From Psilocybe cubensis (lineage: Eukaryota): a DNA stretch of 64,000 nucleotides. The position numbers were made by a program, and so were the translations under genes. How positions within the stretch are numbered: position 1 is the stretch's first letter; each line of letters opens with the position of its first letter. This document shows positions 1 through 13,700 of the stretch, piece after piece. Where the stretch lies: contig CM039010.1 of assembly GCA_017499595.2 (NCBI GenBank), positions 1,860,001-1,924,000 on the forward strand, written 5' to 3'. The notes beneath the pieces were generated by a model. That model had not been told where the DNA came from and did no database searches. It was given only the letters and a program-made list of their open reading frames with translations.

Positions 1-2372
1 GCAACTTGAGGTTCCATTGACGTGCAGACTGCTTAAGACCATAGAGCGACTTTTTGAGCTTTAAAACCATGTTAGGACCACCTTGGTAAAATCCTTCAGG
101 TTATAACATGTAAATCTCCTCGTCTAGGTCACCTTTAGTGAAAGCAGCTGTAATATCAACAGAGCGCAACTTCAAGTCTCCAATGGCGGCCAGAGCCACA
201 ATCAAGCGGAAAGTAGCAGGGCGGAAAGTAGGAGCAAAGACCTCATGGTAATCAATGCCAGGGCGCTGACTGTAGCCCTTGGCAACAATACGAGCCTTGT
301 AGCGCTCTATACTGCCATCTGCATTTTGCTTGATTTTAAAGACCCAACCACAGCCAATTGCCTTTTGACCCGGAGGGAGCTCAACTCACTCCCAAGTTTG
401 GTTGTGCTGCAATAGATTGAATTCTGTGATAGCAGCCTCTTCCCACGTGTGCACATCAGGTGCTTTCATTGCCTGTTTGAATGTGCGCAGATCTGTGCTT
501 GAAACAAGCCCAGCAAACTCCACCTCTTCAAATCCAGGATCATTGGCTTCAGGTGGTTCAGGATCATGTGAGACCTTCCACCATTCACCAGGCTGCTTAG
601 GAACGCAAATAGTGCGTCTCAACGTTGCAGGATCAACTGGAGCATGCTGGCAACATGCAGGCTTAGGAGGAGGTTCAGAAATGGCCTGAGGCTATGGTAG
701 TTCAGCTAGCTATTCAGGAGGTGCAATAGGCATCTCTGGCTCAATGACAGGAATTAGAGTAGAGTCATCCTCATCATCATCAAAATTGAAGCCATTAGAG
801 TCCCCCCCTGAATTAGGAGGTGGTGCACTTGCAGAAGAAGTAGGAAGAAGGTCAAACTTTGGCATAGGGCCAGTGGACACCCCAGGATACACTTTTCCAT
901 ATGAGGCTGCAACGATTTGCACTTATCTCCCTGCATAAATATATGCAAGGCAACCCAAAACCTGAAATAACTAACATCAGGTTTGCGCTTGTTCCAGCTC
1001 TCATACGGAGTCTTGTCTGGTAAAGAGGCTGTAGGAACACGATTCCATACATGCATGTATGCTGCACCACAGCGACCCCAAAATGAAGGTGGAACACAAG
1101 CCTCATTGAGCATGGAAGTAACATGTTTTGCTATGGTGCGATTTGCACACTCTGCAACTCCGTTCTATTGTGGGCGATTTTGCATTGTATGACGACGCTC
1201 AATGCCACACTGGTCAGTGAATTTGATGAAAGTATTTGACATGTATTCACCAGCTTTGTTATCCTGCAGCACTTTGATCTTAAAGCCTAATTTGTTCTCA
1301 GCCCATGCTTTGTACGTTTGGAACGCACTGAATGCATCGCTTTTGCACTTAAGAAGCACAGCAGCTTTACTCTTCATCTACTAATCGGCTTAGAATGTGA
1401 AGGGGGGTGTAATTTTTAACCCAATTGCGATGGGGTTTGAGAAGTTGCCCCTGTGTCTGCAATCCAATTGTCATTAGTTTGGGGTGAAATGGAAGAGGGA
1501 ACATTGGTATTAAGAGCATTTGCATTTCCAGCAAATTTCATTTCCTTGGACTCTTTTTCCTCACTAAATGCCTCTGAGGCCTTGTTTGCTCTGTTGCCTT
1601 TGCGAGCCGCTTTGACACACTCCCTTGCTTCCTTTTGCGCAGCAATGAACTTGTGACACTTGTCCATTGCATGGTTGGTCATATCACAAAATGCGCACTT
1701 GGGCTTGGATGCAGAAAGGGCTGGAGCGGTCTGGAATGCAGTGGCGAGTGCAGGCAACTCCGAAGCGTGGCGACGTCGCTGTATGTCCTCTGTGACAAAG
1801 GCTTGATGAATTGTAGCCTTGTCCAACTTGTCCAAAAGAAGAAGTGAGGATGCAAATGAACTGTATTCTTCTGGGAGTGCCCTGACCAGAGCAAGCAAAG
1901 CAAGCTCTTCATCAAGCTTAGCCAGATCAAACCCTTTAAGGCAAAGCTGCTGAATTAGCAAGATGGCTTGCTCAACTCTATTGATTAGGGTTTGAAGGTT
2001 TTCACCTTCCTCCTTTCGGATGGAGAACAGATCATTATATGCATTAAAGCGGTTGCCAGGGCGCTTTTGCTGATGTACAGCAGCGAGGGAATCCTACATC
2101 TTGATAGGATCATCCTTGATGGCTTCCACATGAACCCTCTGATCATTCTCCAAACTGAGATAGATCAAACCACATGCTTTGTCTCTCTGCTCAAAGTAGG
2201 TTTCAAGCAAAGCTTCCTCCTGAGCAGTGGGCTTGTCTGAGAGCGTTGGCTGTGCTCTAGCACCGCTGACAATGCGTCATATCCCTTTAGACTAGAGATA
2301 GGCGGTCATCTGGCCTGCCCAGGTGTTGTAGTTGGTTGAGTTTAATAGAGTGATTTGGGGATCAGAAGTCAT
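1..2372 (-). pseudogene. Copia gag-pol polyprotein with stops, frameshifts and deletions
   Basis: ATG at 2372 (MTSDPQITLLNSTNY); ORF fragments 1416-1961, 1165-1377, 754-1113, 386-622; RT motifs at 1-400. Confidence 0.88.
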
Positions 2373-2759
2373 TATTGCAAATTGCGAAGGAACACATAAG
2401 CGGATGGATACGAGTGTTGGTAGTGATGTGTACGGATGTGTAATAATGTGTGGAAACGAGCTAGGCGGTACCCGGAGCTTGGGGTGCGATGCGAACGCAA
2501 GTTGAAAAGATGAAGTTAAACTAGCCTAATTTAAAAGGGTTACTTTTAACTAGAAATAACTCGGGGATTAGGCGACGGGGGCCCGCTCAACCGAGGATAA
2601 CAAGTCGCGTAAGGCATGCTCGTTCAACCCTACTAGCAGCGGCAATGTATGGCCGGGCCTGGTAAAGGATAAAAAACAAAAATGACTAAAATGACCGTTT
2701 TATAAAAACTATGCAGAAAGCAACTTGGTTCGCAAAACACGGAATTGGAGTGCTTAGAG

Positions 2760-2775
2760 CGCGGGGCCCATAACC
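2760..2775 (-). promoter_or_regulatory. Copia primer-binding site GGTTATGGGCCC (half tRNA-iMet type)
   Basis: The minus strand reads ...TTCAACA|GGTTATGGGCCCCGCG, matching the PBS start of Drosophila copia and abutting an LTR end in CA. Confidence 0.8.
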
Positions 2776-3145
2776 TGTTGAAGCAGGCGAGCTCGGAGCA
2801 GTGTGAGCTACTCGGCGACCTAATTATACAACGTAGGGCGCAGGGATAAGCAAGCACAAAGCGTCTGAGTGAGTGACTGGGTGAATTGAGCAAAGTGCTA
2901 ACAAACTAACCTGAAGTCCGAAGTGAGTAACTGGGGACTTCAGGATGTAAACTAGAGTAACTATATACTGTGCAGACTCAAGTACTCTGGTCTACCTAGG
3001 TCTACTCTGGTCTGGTCCAGACCAGTCTATGGACTAATAAATATCATGTGTCTAGAATGGTCTAGAGAGCAAATGAAGATAAAAAGAAAGTAATCTAATC
3101 TGATAAGATAGCAAAGTGAGGGAGACATAAAGAGCAGTTTTAACA
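2776..3145 (-). repeat. Copia 5' LTR (~370 bp)
   Basis: TGTTGAA...TTTAACA termini next to the PBS. The outer end is inferred because the partner LTR is not in the window. Confidence 0.6.
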
Positions 3146-3389
3146 AGCTTATGATGCTTGCTATTGTCACTAAGATTATGGCCTTGATCACTTATCTATA
3201 GGCAAGCTACACACCAACCACTTATCTTGGCTACTTCCTAGTACATTCTTATATTAATAAGCAATTGCGTAAGTAATCCCTAGTACAGTCTAGCAGAAAT
3301 GACTCTAGCTTTAGCTACTTAGCTAATCAAGCCTACACAACTCAATGTGAGAGGAAGGTATTCATCACTTGCTATGCTTAGGTTACTAA

Positions 3390-4920
3390 GGCCCTGTTTG
3401 GTAGCAACTCATGATTTTCATATATAATATCATGCAACTTGATTACATGAGCAGAGTGACAACTCCTTGACTTTGAGTCTATTATCTGATCTAATAGTAT
3501 CTTATCTGACTACCACACCTCCTTGCTATCTCCATGCCTTCCTAGCCTTATAAAGGCATTACACCACAGCAAAAGCTGGTTTTAACTACTGTGGTGTCTA
3601 TGCTGCAGAGTGCAGCACTTGCAGTCTTGCTTTATGCTTGTCAATGGTACTGGAAACAAGAATATCATATGTTGGCATCATTGGGTGCTATATGGGTAGA
3701 AGAACTTATATATTGGCATCCTAACCGGATTGGCAACTGCCTAGGGATGCATGTGCATGTGTTTTTAGCCTGGTTGATGAGCTCCATCTTGCTGGCTTGA
3801 GAAATGAGCAATATGTTTTTCTCCAGGAAAAAATAGCAATCTTTCTCTATACGTTGGTTACTGGCCTTTCAATTTATTATGTTGGTGAGAGATTTCAGCG
3901 CTCAAATGAAACTATTTCCAAGTGAGTAAAATGAGATAATCTATTTTCTTTTGTAAATATTAATTAATCTTCAGATACTTTAAAGAAGTGCTGGTTGCAT
4001 TATCTTCTCCACCATTTTATACCAACTATGTCAAGTTGCCCTTGTTCAATGATCCAACACCACCTCATATTTCCAGCAATTCCAAGTTTTATGTACTTTT
4101 TCAGGATGCGCTTGGTACTATGGATGGCACACATATTGCATGCTGCCTGTCTAGTACTGAGCGTAAGCATCTCGTAACCACAAAGGATTTTTATCTCAAA
4201 ACACTTTGGCATGTGTTTCATTCAACTTTCAATTTTAGTATGTTCTCATTGGATGGGAAGGGTTTGCTGCCGATGCTACACTCTATCACAATGCATATGC
4301 AACCAACTTAACAATTCTTGAAGACAAATATTATTTGGCGGATGCTGGATTTGGTATGTGTAACCATCTTCTTGTCCCATATTGCAATGCAGCACACAGT
4401 ACTATTTGGCAGAGTGGGGTAAAGCATCTGTTTGGTGTGTTATTTTCTTGTTTTTTTAAAATTATATTTTGATTAGTTTATAGACCTGCTAATTTCCAAG
4501 AACTTTTCAATTTACGGCATGTGCAAGCTCGGAATGTGATTGAACAAGTATTTGGCACTGTCATAGAACATTTTTCTATCCTCAAATTACCACCCAAATT
4601 TAGTATGAATATTCAAGCATGCATTCCTTCTGCATTGTGTGCTACTCACAACTTTATTCTCAAACACAACTCTCAAGAATGTAATGATATGGTTAACCAA
4701 CAAGGAGATTCCACACCAGGAATGATTCTAGAGGAGCACAATTTTGGAATTCTTGCCTATGCACCTCCTGACACATTACAAAGAGCACAGGCAAAAGCAA
4801 AAAAGAATAGGATGGTAGAAAATATGTGGAATAGCTATCAAGAAATTATTAGGCAACGTGATGAAGGATATGCATTAGAATAAATTTTGACTGCTACTAC
4901 ATATAAATTTTTATTCTAAA
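3390..4920 (+). mobile_element. PIF/Harbinger DNA transposon, right part lost
   Basis: TAA followed by the Harbinger-type TIR GGCCCTGTTTGGT (3390-3402), then a transposase. No right TIR or Myb/SANT partner ORF was seen. Confidence 0.8.
3534..4883 (+). pseudogene. Harbinger/HARBI1-like DDE transposase, spliced and decayed
   Basis: Motifs HPNRI..LGM..HVF, GERFQRSNETISK, ALGTMDGTHI, YYLADAGF and ARNVIEQVFG; short introns near 3922-3974 and 4436-4482. Confidence 0.85.
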
Positions 4921-4926
4921 CCTAAT

Positions 4927-7900
4927 TTGATTGGAGACAAGGATAGAGAGGTAGTGGTAGTATTTGAGCTAAATCACAAAACAAAAGAGTTGGAGATCAA
5001 AGCTTACAAAACTAGCACGCATAACTTATTCTCCAAGAAAGACATTAAGGAAGCCTTTTTGTTCCAAGTGGCTCAGAAAAAAAATCTGGACACTAAGGCT
5101 AAAAACAAACTAGATCAGTACTTTAGTTAGAAAGAAAAGACAGAAGCACCGAGTAAACCAACCCCAAAACCAGTACGGAAGGTAGAAAGGCAAGTAGCAA
5201 CATATATGGGTAAAAAGCCATACAAACTAGTCATGCAAAAGATAAAACCCATATTTACAGACCTACCAGATGAGTTTTGGATTGTACAAAACATCAAAGG
5301 GAATCTATTAGGGGGGCTAAAATCATTGAACCCCAGACCAAACGAGTTCATGCCAACGGGCTGTTATACTCAGGGAAAAAAGGACGCCATGGATAAAGCT
5401 CATGATGGTGAGTTCCTATGGCCTGAAGAAAGAAAGTTAGTACATGAAATAGTAATAAACCAGAATGAGGTTTTTGCCTGGGAAGACAGTGAGCAAGGGC
5501 ACTTCAAAGAAGAGTACTTGCTGCCTGTAAAAATCCCAACAATAGTGCACACTTTTTGGGTGTACAAAAACATCCCAATACCACCAGGCTTGTATAACAA
5601 GGTCTGTAGAATAATAAAGTCAAAAATAGACTCTGGAGTCTATGAACTGTCTAGCTTACCAATTACGTTGATTTACTGTATTAAAAAAGGATGGCAAGAG
5701 TCTGCAAATTGTACATAGTCTAGAGCTATTAAATGCCGTCACCATTGTGCATTTGGGAGTACTGCTGGCGCCAGAGTCACTGGCAGAGCACTTTGCAAGC
5801 AGAGCCTGTGGGGAAATCTTTAATTTATATTGTGGGATATGGCGAGAAAAAAATACATGAAAAATACCGGGACATGACCATGTTTCAAACACCATTTGGA
5901 GCTATGAGATTGGTAATATTGCCTATGGGGTGGACAAATTCTGTCCCTATATTTTATAACAACATAACATATATATATTGAAAGATGAGATTCCACAAGT
6001 TACTATACCCTACATTGATGATGTAGCAGTCCATGGCCCAGCAACCTGCTATGAGACTGAGAATGGGTATCAGACTATTCCCAAGAATCTGGGCATTAGG
6101 AGATTTGTTTGGGAACATTTGATAAATGTGAATAGGATCCTAGAACGCATGAAGTATGCCGGGGGAATCTTTTCCAGGTATAAGTCTATACTATGTGCAG
6201 ACAAGATTTTAGTAGTAGGTTACCATTGCACATATGAAGGACAAAAGCCTACTGAAGACAGAGTAAAAGTCATTCACAACTGAGAAAAATGCGAGTCTGT
6301 GGGAGATGTGAGAGCATTTTTGGGCACTGTGGGGGTACTACGACCCTTTATCCCTAATTTTGCAGAGAAAGTGCATCATTTAACACAGTTATTAAGACAT
6401 AATGTACCTTTCAGTTTGGGAAAAGAGCAAGAAGAAAGTATACAATTATTGAAGGAAGGGGTTACTCAAGTAAACGCGCTGAAACCTCTTGATTACGAGC
6501 ATGGAGGCAATATTGTATTGACTGTAAACACATCTTACCTAGCAGTAGGCTTTTATATCTACCAAGAAGATGAAAGCCAGCCAGGGAAGCTTAGATATGC
6601 GCACTTTGGATCCATATCTTTGCAACCATATGAAGCAAGGTACTCCCAGCCCAAACGGGAGTTATTTGGCTTGAAGCGCACACTAGAATTAAATAAAAAG
6701 TGGTTAATAGGATGTCAAAAGTTAGTGGTAGAAACAGATGCAAAATACTTAGATGGGATGTTGCATAACCCTGACTTGATGCCAAATGCAACTATAAACC
6801 AACGGATTGAAGAGATTTTAATGTATCAGTTCACACTTAGATATAAGGCAGGAAAAACTCATGGTCCAGATGGGTTATCAAGACAAAAAGAACAACCTAG
6901 AGATGATCCACCAAGTGTTATCTCAGAAGCACCAGAGTTTGAGTTGCCACCCACGGAGCAATGAGACAAGAAAAAACCCGCGCTCTTGGATGCGCATGAG
7001 TTCAGGGAACAAGTCAATAGCCGGACAGGCTATTTACAAAATTTGACTAAGTCTTTGTTACCAAAATGCCAAGCCTGGACCATTGAGGAGTTTGCCAATG
7101 AAATTGAGCCGTGTCAAGGACAGCTACTTAGCATTGCAAAGGCAATAGGCAATTTTAGTCTAGAATTAGAAGAGGCCAACAAATACAGACGGTCTAAAGC
7201 TGAGACATTAAACAATTGGATAGAACAAGTAGAAAAGTGCTTATTAACAACTTAGCAAGATGCCTTTGCTCAATTTGTGTCGGTTCTGGCATTACCAGAC
7301 AAAGCGCCTGACAGTGCACCTGTATAACAGCGTATCCTGAAGAAGGGCGTACTATGTCAGCTAAACGCCAAGATCATCAGTTACAGTGGGTTGCACAGTG
7401 GCTTAGAAATAAAGAGTCAAATCTGGGAAAACTGAAAACTAGAGACTATGAGAAATTCATGCATTTTGCACGGTGGTTCTTTGAACATGAAGGACACTTG
7501 TATTTGCAAAGTTATAAGGGAACACATAAACTGGTAGTGCCTAGCAAGCGTAGAATGTACATGATAAAAGCAGCCCATAACCATAATGGGCATAGACTAT
7601 AAATCAGATGTTAGTACAAAGGTTCTGGTAGCCAAAAATGGAGCGGGACATATCTTGGTTTGTGAAAACTTGCTATAGATGTCAGGAAAGGCAACAGACA
7701 ATGATAAAAATACAACCAATGTTGACACACACATCATCCATCTTTCAGATTCTATATGTCAATTGCATGAAGATGACGCCAGTGTCTAATGGCTGTTCCT
7801 CCATTGTCCACAGCAGGAATTACTTGTCAAAATGGGTGAAAGGTAGAGCTTTGAAACAAGAAACCGGTTGGGCTATTGGGCTGTAGCTCTGGGAAGATGT

Positions 7901-7931
7901 GATATGTCAATGGAAGAGTCTTGTGGAGATA
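4927..7931 (+). pseudogene. Gypsy D pol, part 1 (RT, RNase H, integrase N-terminus)
   Basis: LPMGWTNS, PYIDDV, VVETDAKYL, HGPDGLSR, AHNHNGHR and CYRCQER, with many stops. Confidence 0.92.
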
Positions 7932-8862
7932 CAGTTGGGAACCACTTCAGGCTGCCACTTCTAGGTACCCTTTAAAGGGGATTACCCCTTGGTCAAAGAC
8001 CATCTTTGTAGGGGGTTTCCCCATTGTCCTGCCCCACAATTCATAGTCTCCCCCTGGTCTTTTCTTGGTCTTCCCACTGGGCATGTTGTGGTGTTTGATG
8101 GTCTTCCTATTATTGGTCCAAATGTCTGTTTTGGTCTTCCCATGGAGTGGGCAGACCAGCTTGTCTCTTTTTACATTAAACTTTATAAATACTTAAAGTC
8201 AAGTATTTATGATTACATTTAATAATAAAAGAGATAAATGACTACTTAATACTTAATGCTTCAAAGAAGATTTTCTATGTAGCTACATCTAATCAATCTA
8301 TTTTGTGCCCTAATAAACATACAATTGCACATAGTTATTCAAGAATTGTATTATACTGAGCAAACTTTCAGATAATACTTTTGTTCTACTATCTAATACT
8401 CTATTTACAATAATACCACAGAACCGCTGTGAGATGTTATACAGAAAATCAAGTCAGAATGTTGCTCCATCCATTTGATACCCATTCCGTGGCCAGCGTA
8501 AGCTTGGCAGACAAGCCGGACAAGGAATAGCCGGAAGGATTTTCTGTAGCCAAGGCAGATTCTCTGTTCTTTTTTTTAGCAATCTGACCATGTGCTGGGA
8601 GTCACAATTTGTGTTGCTAAAAATAACTATGTTATCTGGGGGCACCCATATCTCTTGGCGCTTAATGCTTGGGCCCTCTCCATAGTATGTCTTTTTAGGA
8701 TGCAGGAGGTACAGGCTTTGGTTGAACAAACAAGGCTCTGGCCAAAGACATCACAGTTTTTTTCAACCACATCTGTCATCCACCTTCTGACTCAATCTTG
8801 CAGTAACTGTCTCTTGCCTCTTTCCAGAATCTGTATAGCTGTGTCATGGCGTCTGAGCAATG

Positions 8863-10562
8863 TGTGACATGGTCCGCTAAGGTAGATATACCCCATATTC
8901 CTCTTTTCTTTGATAGACAGTATCCAAATTGACAGAGAAAGGCGGTATCATACCCCAATCCTGATTGGAGATGAGATGTTCATTTTGGATCTACAAACGA
9001 CGCCCTCAACCCAAGCAGTCATTCTTTTCATAAGTCATCCACACATCTTATCTTATCAACACTCGTCACATGGGAGCCATGTTATTCTGGATCATGTCAC
9101 TTCGTCGGATCATCAAGGCTATGCGACGGATCAGTCAACCATCAAACTGCATAGCTTTCTACACTGCCTTGCACAGCCGGACTGTCAACTCTATTTTTAT
9201 CAATTCAATAGTCTTACTCAGCGTCAGGCTGCGGATTACTCATTCCAACTTATTTTTGGTTTGTCTTACTCATCCTTTTGTGTTTATTTATATCTTTTCT
9301 ATTGTCTGTTGCGCTTTTATTGTCTTTGTCTTACCAATCTTTTATGCTTTCTGACTCATCTTTGCTTCTTTTATCTAATCTGTATTACCATTCATCTTCG
9401 TCATACACTTCTTTCTTACTCATCCTATTCATTTCTTATCTGTCGTCATGTCGATATCAATATGTCTTATTGTTCTTGCTTATTGTTACACTTGCATAGC
9501 CTCATTCTTGACACTTTGTACTCGGTTTTCAGTAGCTCAGATTGGTATTTTGTTCACGTAGCTTTTAGTATAAAAGCTGTAGTAGAATTACACGAAATGA
9601 CAGGAAAGTTACACCCAGTCCCCACTTTCTTCAAAGCAAGTCAATTTTCATCCAAGTCAAGTCAATTTTAAGTCAATCCACATTGATTCATTTCAATTCC
9701 AAGCTCAAGTTCAAGCCAAGCCCAAACCCAAGTCCAATTCAGTCATCAGTTCCACCCTCCGTCGAGACCAAATTTACTTCCATTCATCCAAAGTCATCTT
9801 GCTTTCTATTAAGAGAGGATTTCATCCGAGACCAGTCCTCCTTTTCCTCCAACGCCTCTACTTCCCAGCGTTGAATATCCAACTTCTATCCAGACATCCA
9901 GTACTCCCTACTTCCTCTCCCCCATCCAATTTGTCACCGCTCCTACTCTTTCTACACCTTCCAACCATTGCCGTTAGGAGTGGATCCAAGACATCCTTTC
10001 CCTCCGTCAACTCATTTGGAGCGATTTTATTTGAGACAGACTTAGTCTTTCATCCTCGATTTAGTCAATACTCCCGTGACGTATAGCTTTATTCCAAGCA
10101 TCAGAAAGATTGTCAATTTAAAGACACCTTCACCATCCCCAAGATTCAGCCCTTCAACGACGTTCCAACTCCCAGTCATCTCCTCATTTCCCCTCGAAAC
10201 GTTCCTCACTCACTTCCGACCACCCCTCTAAGATTCACATTTATTGATTTCTCATACACATTCTACGCATCTTCTTCACGCTTTCCATATACATCCGCCA
10301 TCCAATTTCACGGTTTCATCCCATTTTCGGAAGGCTTATTTACCATCGTACCCAGACAACCTGGTTATCCTCTTTTTACCATTTTGCTTTCGTTACCCTT
10401 CACAATCCACACCATCCTAATCTACTTAAATTCTAGGCAGTGTCCTCCCTTAAGAAACTTAGGAGAAGGTTTTGTCCTATCCAGTCTGGACCACTCTTTC
10501 TCTGGGGTTTGTGTTTGTTGGATTACTTATAGTTTATAACCAATCACAAACTTCAATCTTCA
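8863..10562 (+). repeat. Gypsy A 5' LTR (~1.7 kb)
   Basis: Ends TCTTCA followed by TC and a PBS; its last ~270 bp recur at 27435-27707. The start (TG at 8863 or 8865) is inferred from the junction with T1. Confidence 0.7.
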
Positions 10563-10564
10563 TC

Positions 10565-10582
10565 TGGAGCCCACCGCAAGGG
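10565..10582 (+). promoter_or_regulatory. Gypsy A PBS, probably tRNA-Lys(CUU)
   Basis: TGGAGCCCACCGCAAGGG is complementary to a tRNA-like 3' end ...GGGCU-CCA, the ending of yeast tRNA-Lys(CUU). Confidence 0.65.
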
Positions 10583-10757
10583 AGGGTTAATTAGGATTTT
10601 GTATTAGGAACACAGCAATCTACCACTTTATCACTTCCATTCCATCCATTTCGACTCTTTTTCTTTACAGGTTATTTTGCTTCTCTGGTTTATTCTCTAG
10701 GCAACTTTAGGCAACAATTCTAGGCAACACTTTCTGACTCTGTAACTGGTTTACGCT

Positions 10758-13700
10758 ATGACTGATTCTGGCAATCCGCTTCCATCCTCTACTCCCACTA
10801 TGGCTACTACCATCATCCAACGTACTCCTGTTGATATGCCCGTTCCTAAATTTAGTGCTGCTCCAAAATTCACTGGATCTTACGTCGACGTCAAGAACTT
10901 CTTGGATCACTGCGACCGCATTTTTGATCAGTACAATGTCACTCTCGACGATGACAAAGTACAATACATGGTTCAATGCTGCAACCAAGAGAGCAGAGAA
11001 ATCATTGAAGGTTTACCCAGCCACCATGCCAAGCAATGGGAACGACTCAAGACTGATATGCTCAAGATCTTTGACCATGCTAGGACGACGCAAAAGTTCA
11101 CGTTGAGTACTCTTCGTGCTTACGCTTTCCAACACTCCAATCTTTTTATGCACTCTCTCGACGACTTCCGCGAGTATCAGAAGCAATACATTCGCATTGC
11201 TGGTTGGCTTCTCAACAACAACAAGATATCCAAGACAGAATACAATCAATACTTCTGGCTAGGAATCAATAAATCCCTCCGACCTGCGCTCGACAGCAAG
11301 ATCATGGTCTTTAATCCTCATATTGATTTCTCTTCACCTTTTTCCATTGAAGACGTTACCAAGGCAGTTAAAATCATCTTTAAACGAGACCGCTTTGACG
11401 TTGGAATCTTTGACAATCCCTCTGCATGCCCCTTCACGTCTCTTATTCCCCCAAAGGATTCGTATCCTGAACATTCATCAGTCTTTGACAAGATCAAGAA
11501 GTACTTACAGGAGATGTTTCCTAACATTGAGACGCGCAATGCCCGTAAACGTCCATACAATCCCCTAGAAGAGACCAAGCGCATCTTTCAGGATCTAGAC
11601 AAGGAAGAGAAGCAAGCGCACAAGAACGACGAAGTGGAGAACTTGATCAAGCAGATGTTGAAGCTCACCATCCATGATTCTTTGTACGCCATTTACTATC
11701 TTTGCGCCATCAAGTTGGAACCCGCTCTTGCTAACATGCTCATTGCTCCGGCCATTATGAATCCAAGTGCACAGCCAGCTCAGCCAGTCCCAAACGCAAG
11801 TCAGACAGCACCTCCAGCACCACGAGCACCACGTCAGTCCGCATCCAAGATCATCTGCTATGGTTGCCATCAACAAGGCCATGGAATCAACAACTGCCTG
11901 ACGCTCATTGATCTTACAAACCGCAAGTTCATTTCCAGAGACAGTAGCAATCGAGTTGTCTTTCCTGATGGATCCCGCATCATTTGCCAGAATGGAGAGT
12001 CAATTGCACAAGCAGTCCTTCGTCAACAACAGCCTCCTCCTTCTCTTCTTCAAGTTGCTACCACGAGCATAGCCGTATCTGAAGCATATTATGGTCAGAT
12101 GTTCAAGAACTACAGAGCCATGGTTGCAGAAGAAGAAGAGGACGACATTGGAATATGGGATGGAGAAGATGAGTTTGAGTTTACGCTGGCAGGTCCTGGT
12201 AATCAAATCCTAACTGAAAAGCGAACACGTGCTGCACGCAAACAGGTCATGGACGCTGTGGTACCTCCGGGACCCGTGTATCTCAAAGAGAAGCGAGCGG
12301 AAATGAGTAAAGCTAAGGATTCTTCTCAGATCCCATCTATTCTTAAACGTCCGGCTAACTCTGGATTGCCGAACAATGTGCCTAACTCCACTTCCATTCA
12401 ACCTGTCCCAATCCCATCAATTAATTAACCTTCTGCCAAAATGAATCCATCAATTCCTGTCAAACAAGCTCAACCCAATGTCCCAATTAGGGCAAATCCA
12501 ACGGAAAATCCCAAGACTGCGCAACGACACGAGGTTTTTGATCCGGCCAATGATGATCAAATCATGGAAGATGTCACTCCTAGTCCAGAACGAGGCAAAT
12601 CAGTTACCAAGCCACATGCAGCGCCTCAGAAACGTGTCTCTGACATATCCCAAACTGTTGACACTATGGCCATTCTCAGACGATGCCTTAATCAACCTGT
12701 TAATGCGACATTCGGCGAGTTACTTGGAGTTTCAAAGGACCTTAGGACCCTTCTTATCAACAGCATCAAAGGCAAGACCCTTACTGTCAACGAATTCAAA
12801 GCTTCATTGGCAAACGGCAACTTAAAGCTTTCCAATAAGGAAGTTCTAAACATCATTTGCAGTGCCGAAAAGAACGTACCTGTTCAATACATGCACGAGA
12901 CCAATTCAGTTGAATCCCTTCACGCTCACGAGCCCCTTCTTTGAATCACATTAATGTGTAATGGTCACGAACTCAATGCCTTGATTGACAGTAGATCTAC
13001 GCAGAACATTCTAAGCAAACAAGCTTGGAAGAAGATTGTCAGGTTGCCGATGGACAGCCGGAACACTATTGTTATGGTCAATATTCATGGCGGCAAATCT
13101 CACATGCTTGGATTTGTTGGAAATGTTCAACTTGATATTGGTACAGTCAGGACGCATGCTCATTGCTATGTATCTGACAAAGTCTAGTTTGATATACTCT
13201 TGGGACGTCCATGGACCCGTGACAACTATGTGGACATTCTAGAACGATCCGAAGGGACCTTCATTGCCTTCTATGACGTCAAAGATCCTACATGTGAGCA
13301 GAAATTCCTTGTGACACCTGATACTCAGCACAACCGGTATTACTTCACGGATACTATTTACGACAAGACCCCCCATACGATGTTAGCACATAACAACCTC
13401 TCCTTAGCTAATCCGGATGCCGAAGAAGGTGAAATTGAAGAAGATCTAGAACCCGGTGAATTATTGGACGACCTTCGCTATCCATCACCTACCCCTTCCA
13501 TAATCGAGTTATCTATCCTTACTAGGCAACAATCTCTGAATCGGGATGAATCTGCTAACCCAAATGAGGACTTATCCACTTCACAAGATGCATCCTCTTT
13601 TTCTGACTCCAACTGCGAACATGACTCGACTCAGGACTCCTCTCACGGTCTCTACGCTTCCGATTATGACTCAATGTATCAAGATGACTCGGGAACTTCT

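Larger units (their letters stand above)
1..3145 (-). mobile_element. Ty1/Copia LTR retrotransposon, decayed and internally deleted, running off the left edge
   Basis: The minus strand shows gag with a CAFC..HAMDKC knuckle, protease WIADTGATS, integrase (LQDNKAGEY, VPPSFWG) and RT (YKARIVAKGYSQRPGIDYHEVFAP), in Copia order. Confidence 0.93.

Noticed and set aside
7950-7960. GCTGCCACTT shared between the T1 left end and the T2 TIR
   Set aside because: Too short to support a relationship.
8910-9671. 253-aa hydrophobic ORF suggesting an env or membrane protein
   Set aside because: It lies in the T-rich LTR of A, starts at TTG, has overlapping ORFs in all three frames, and shows no motif.
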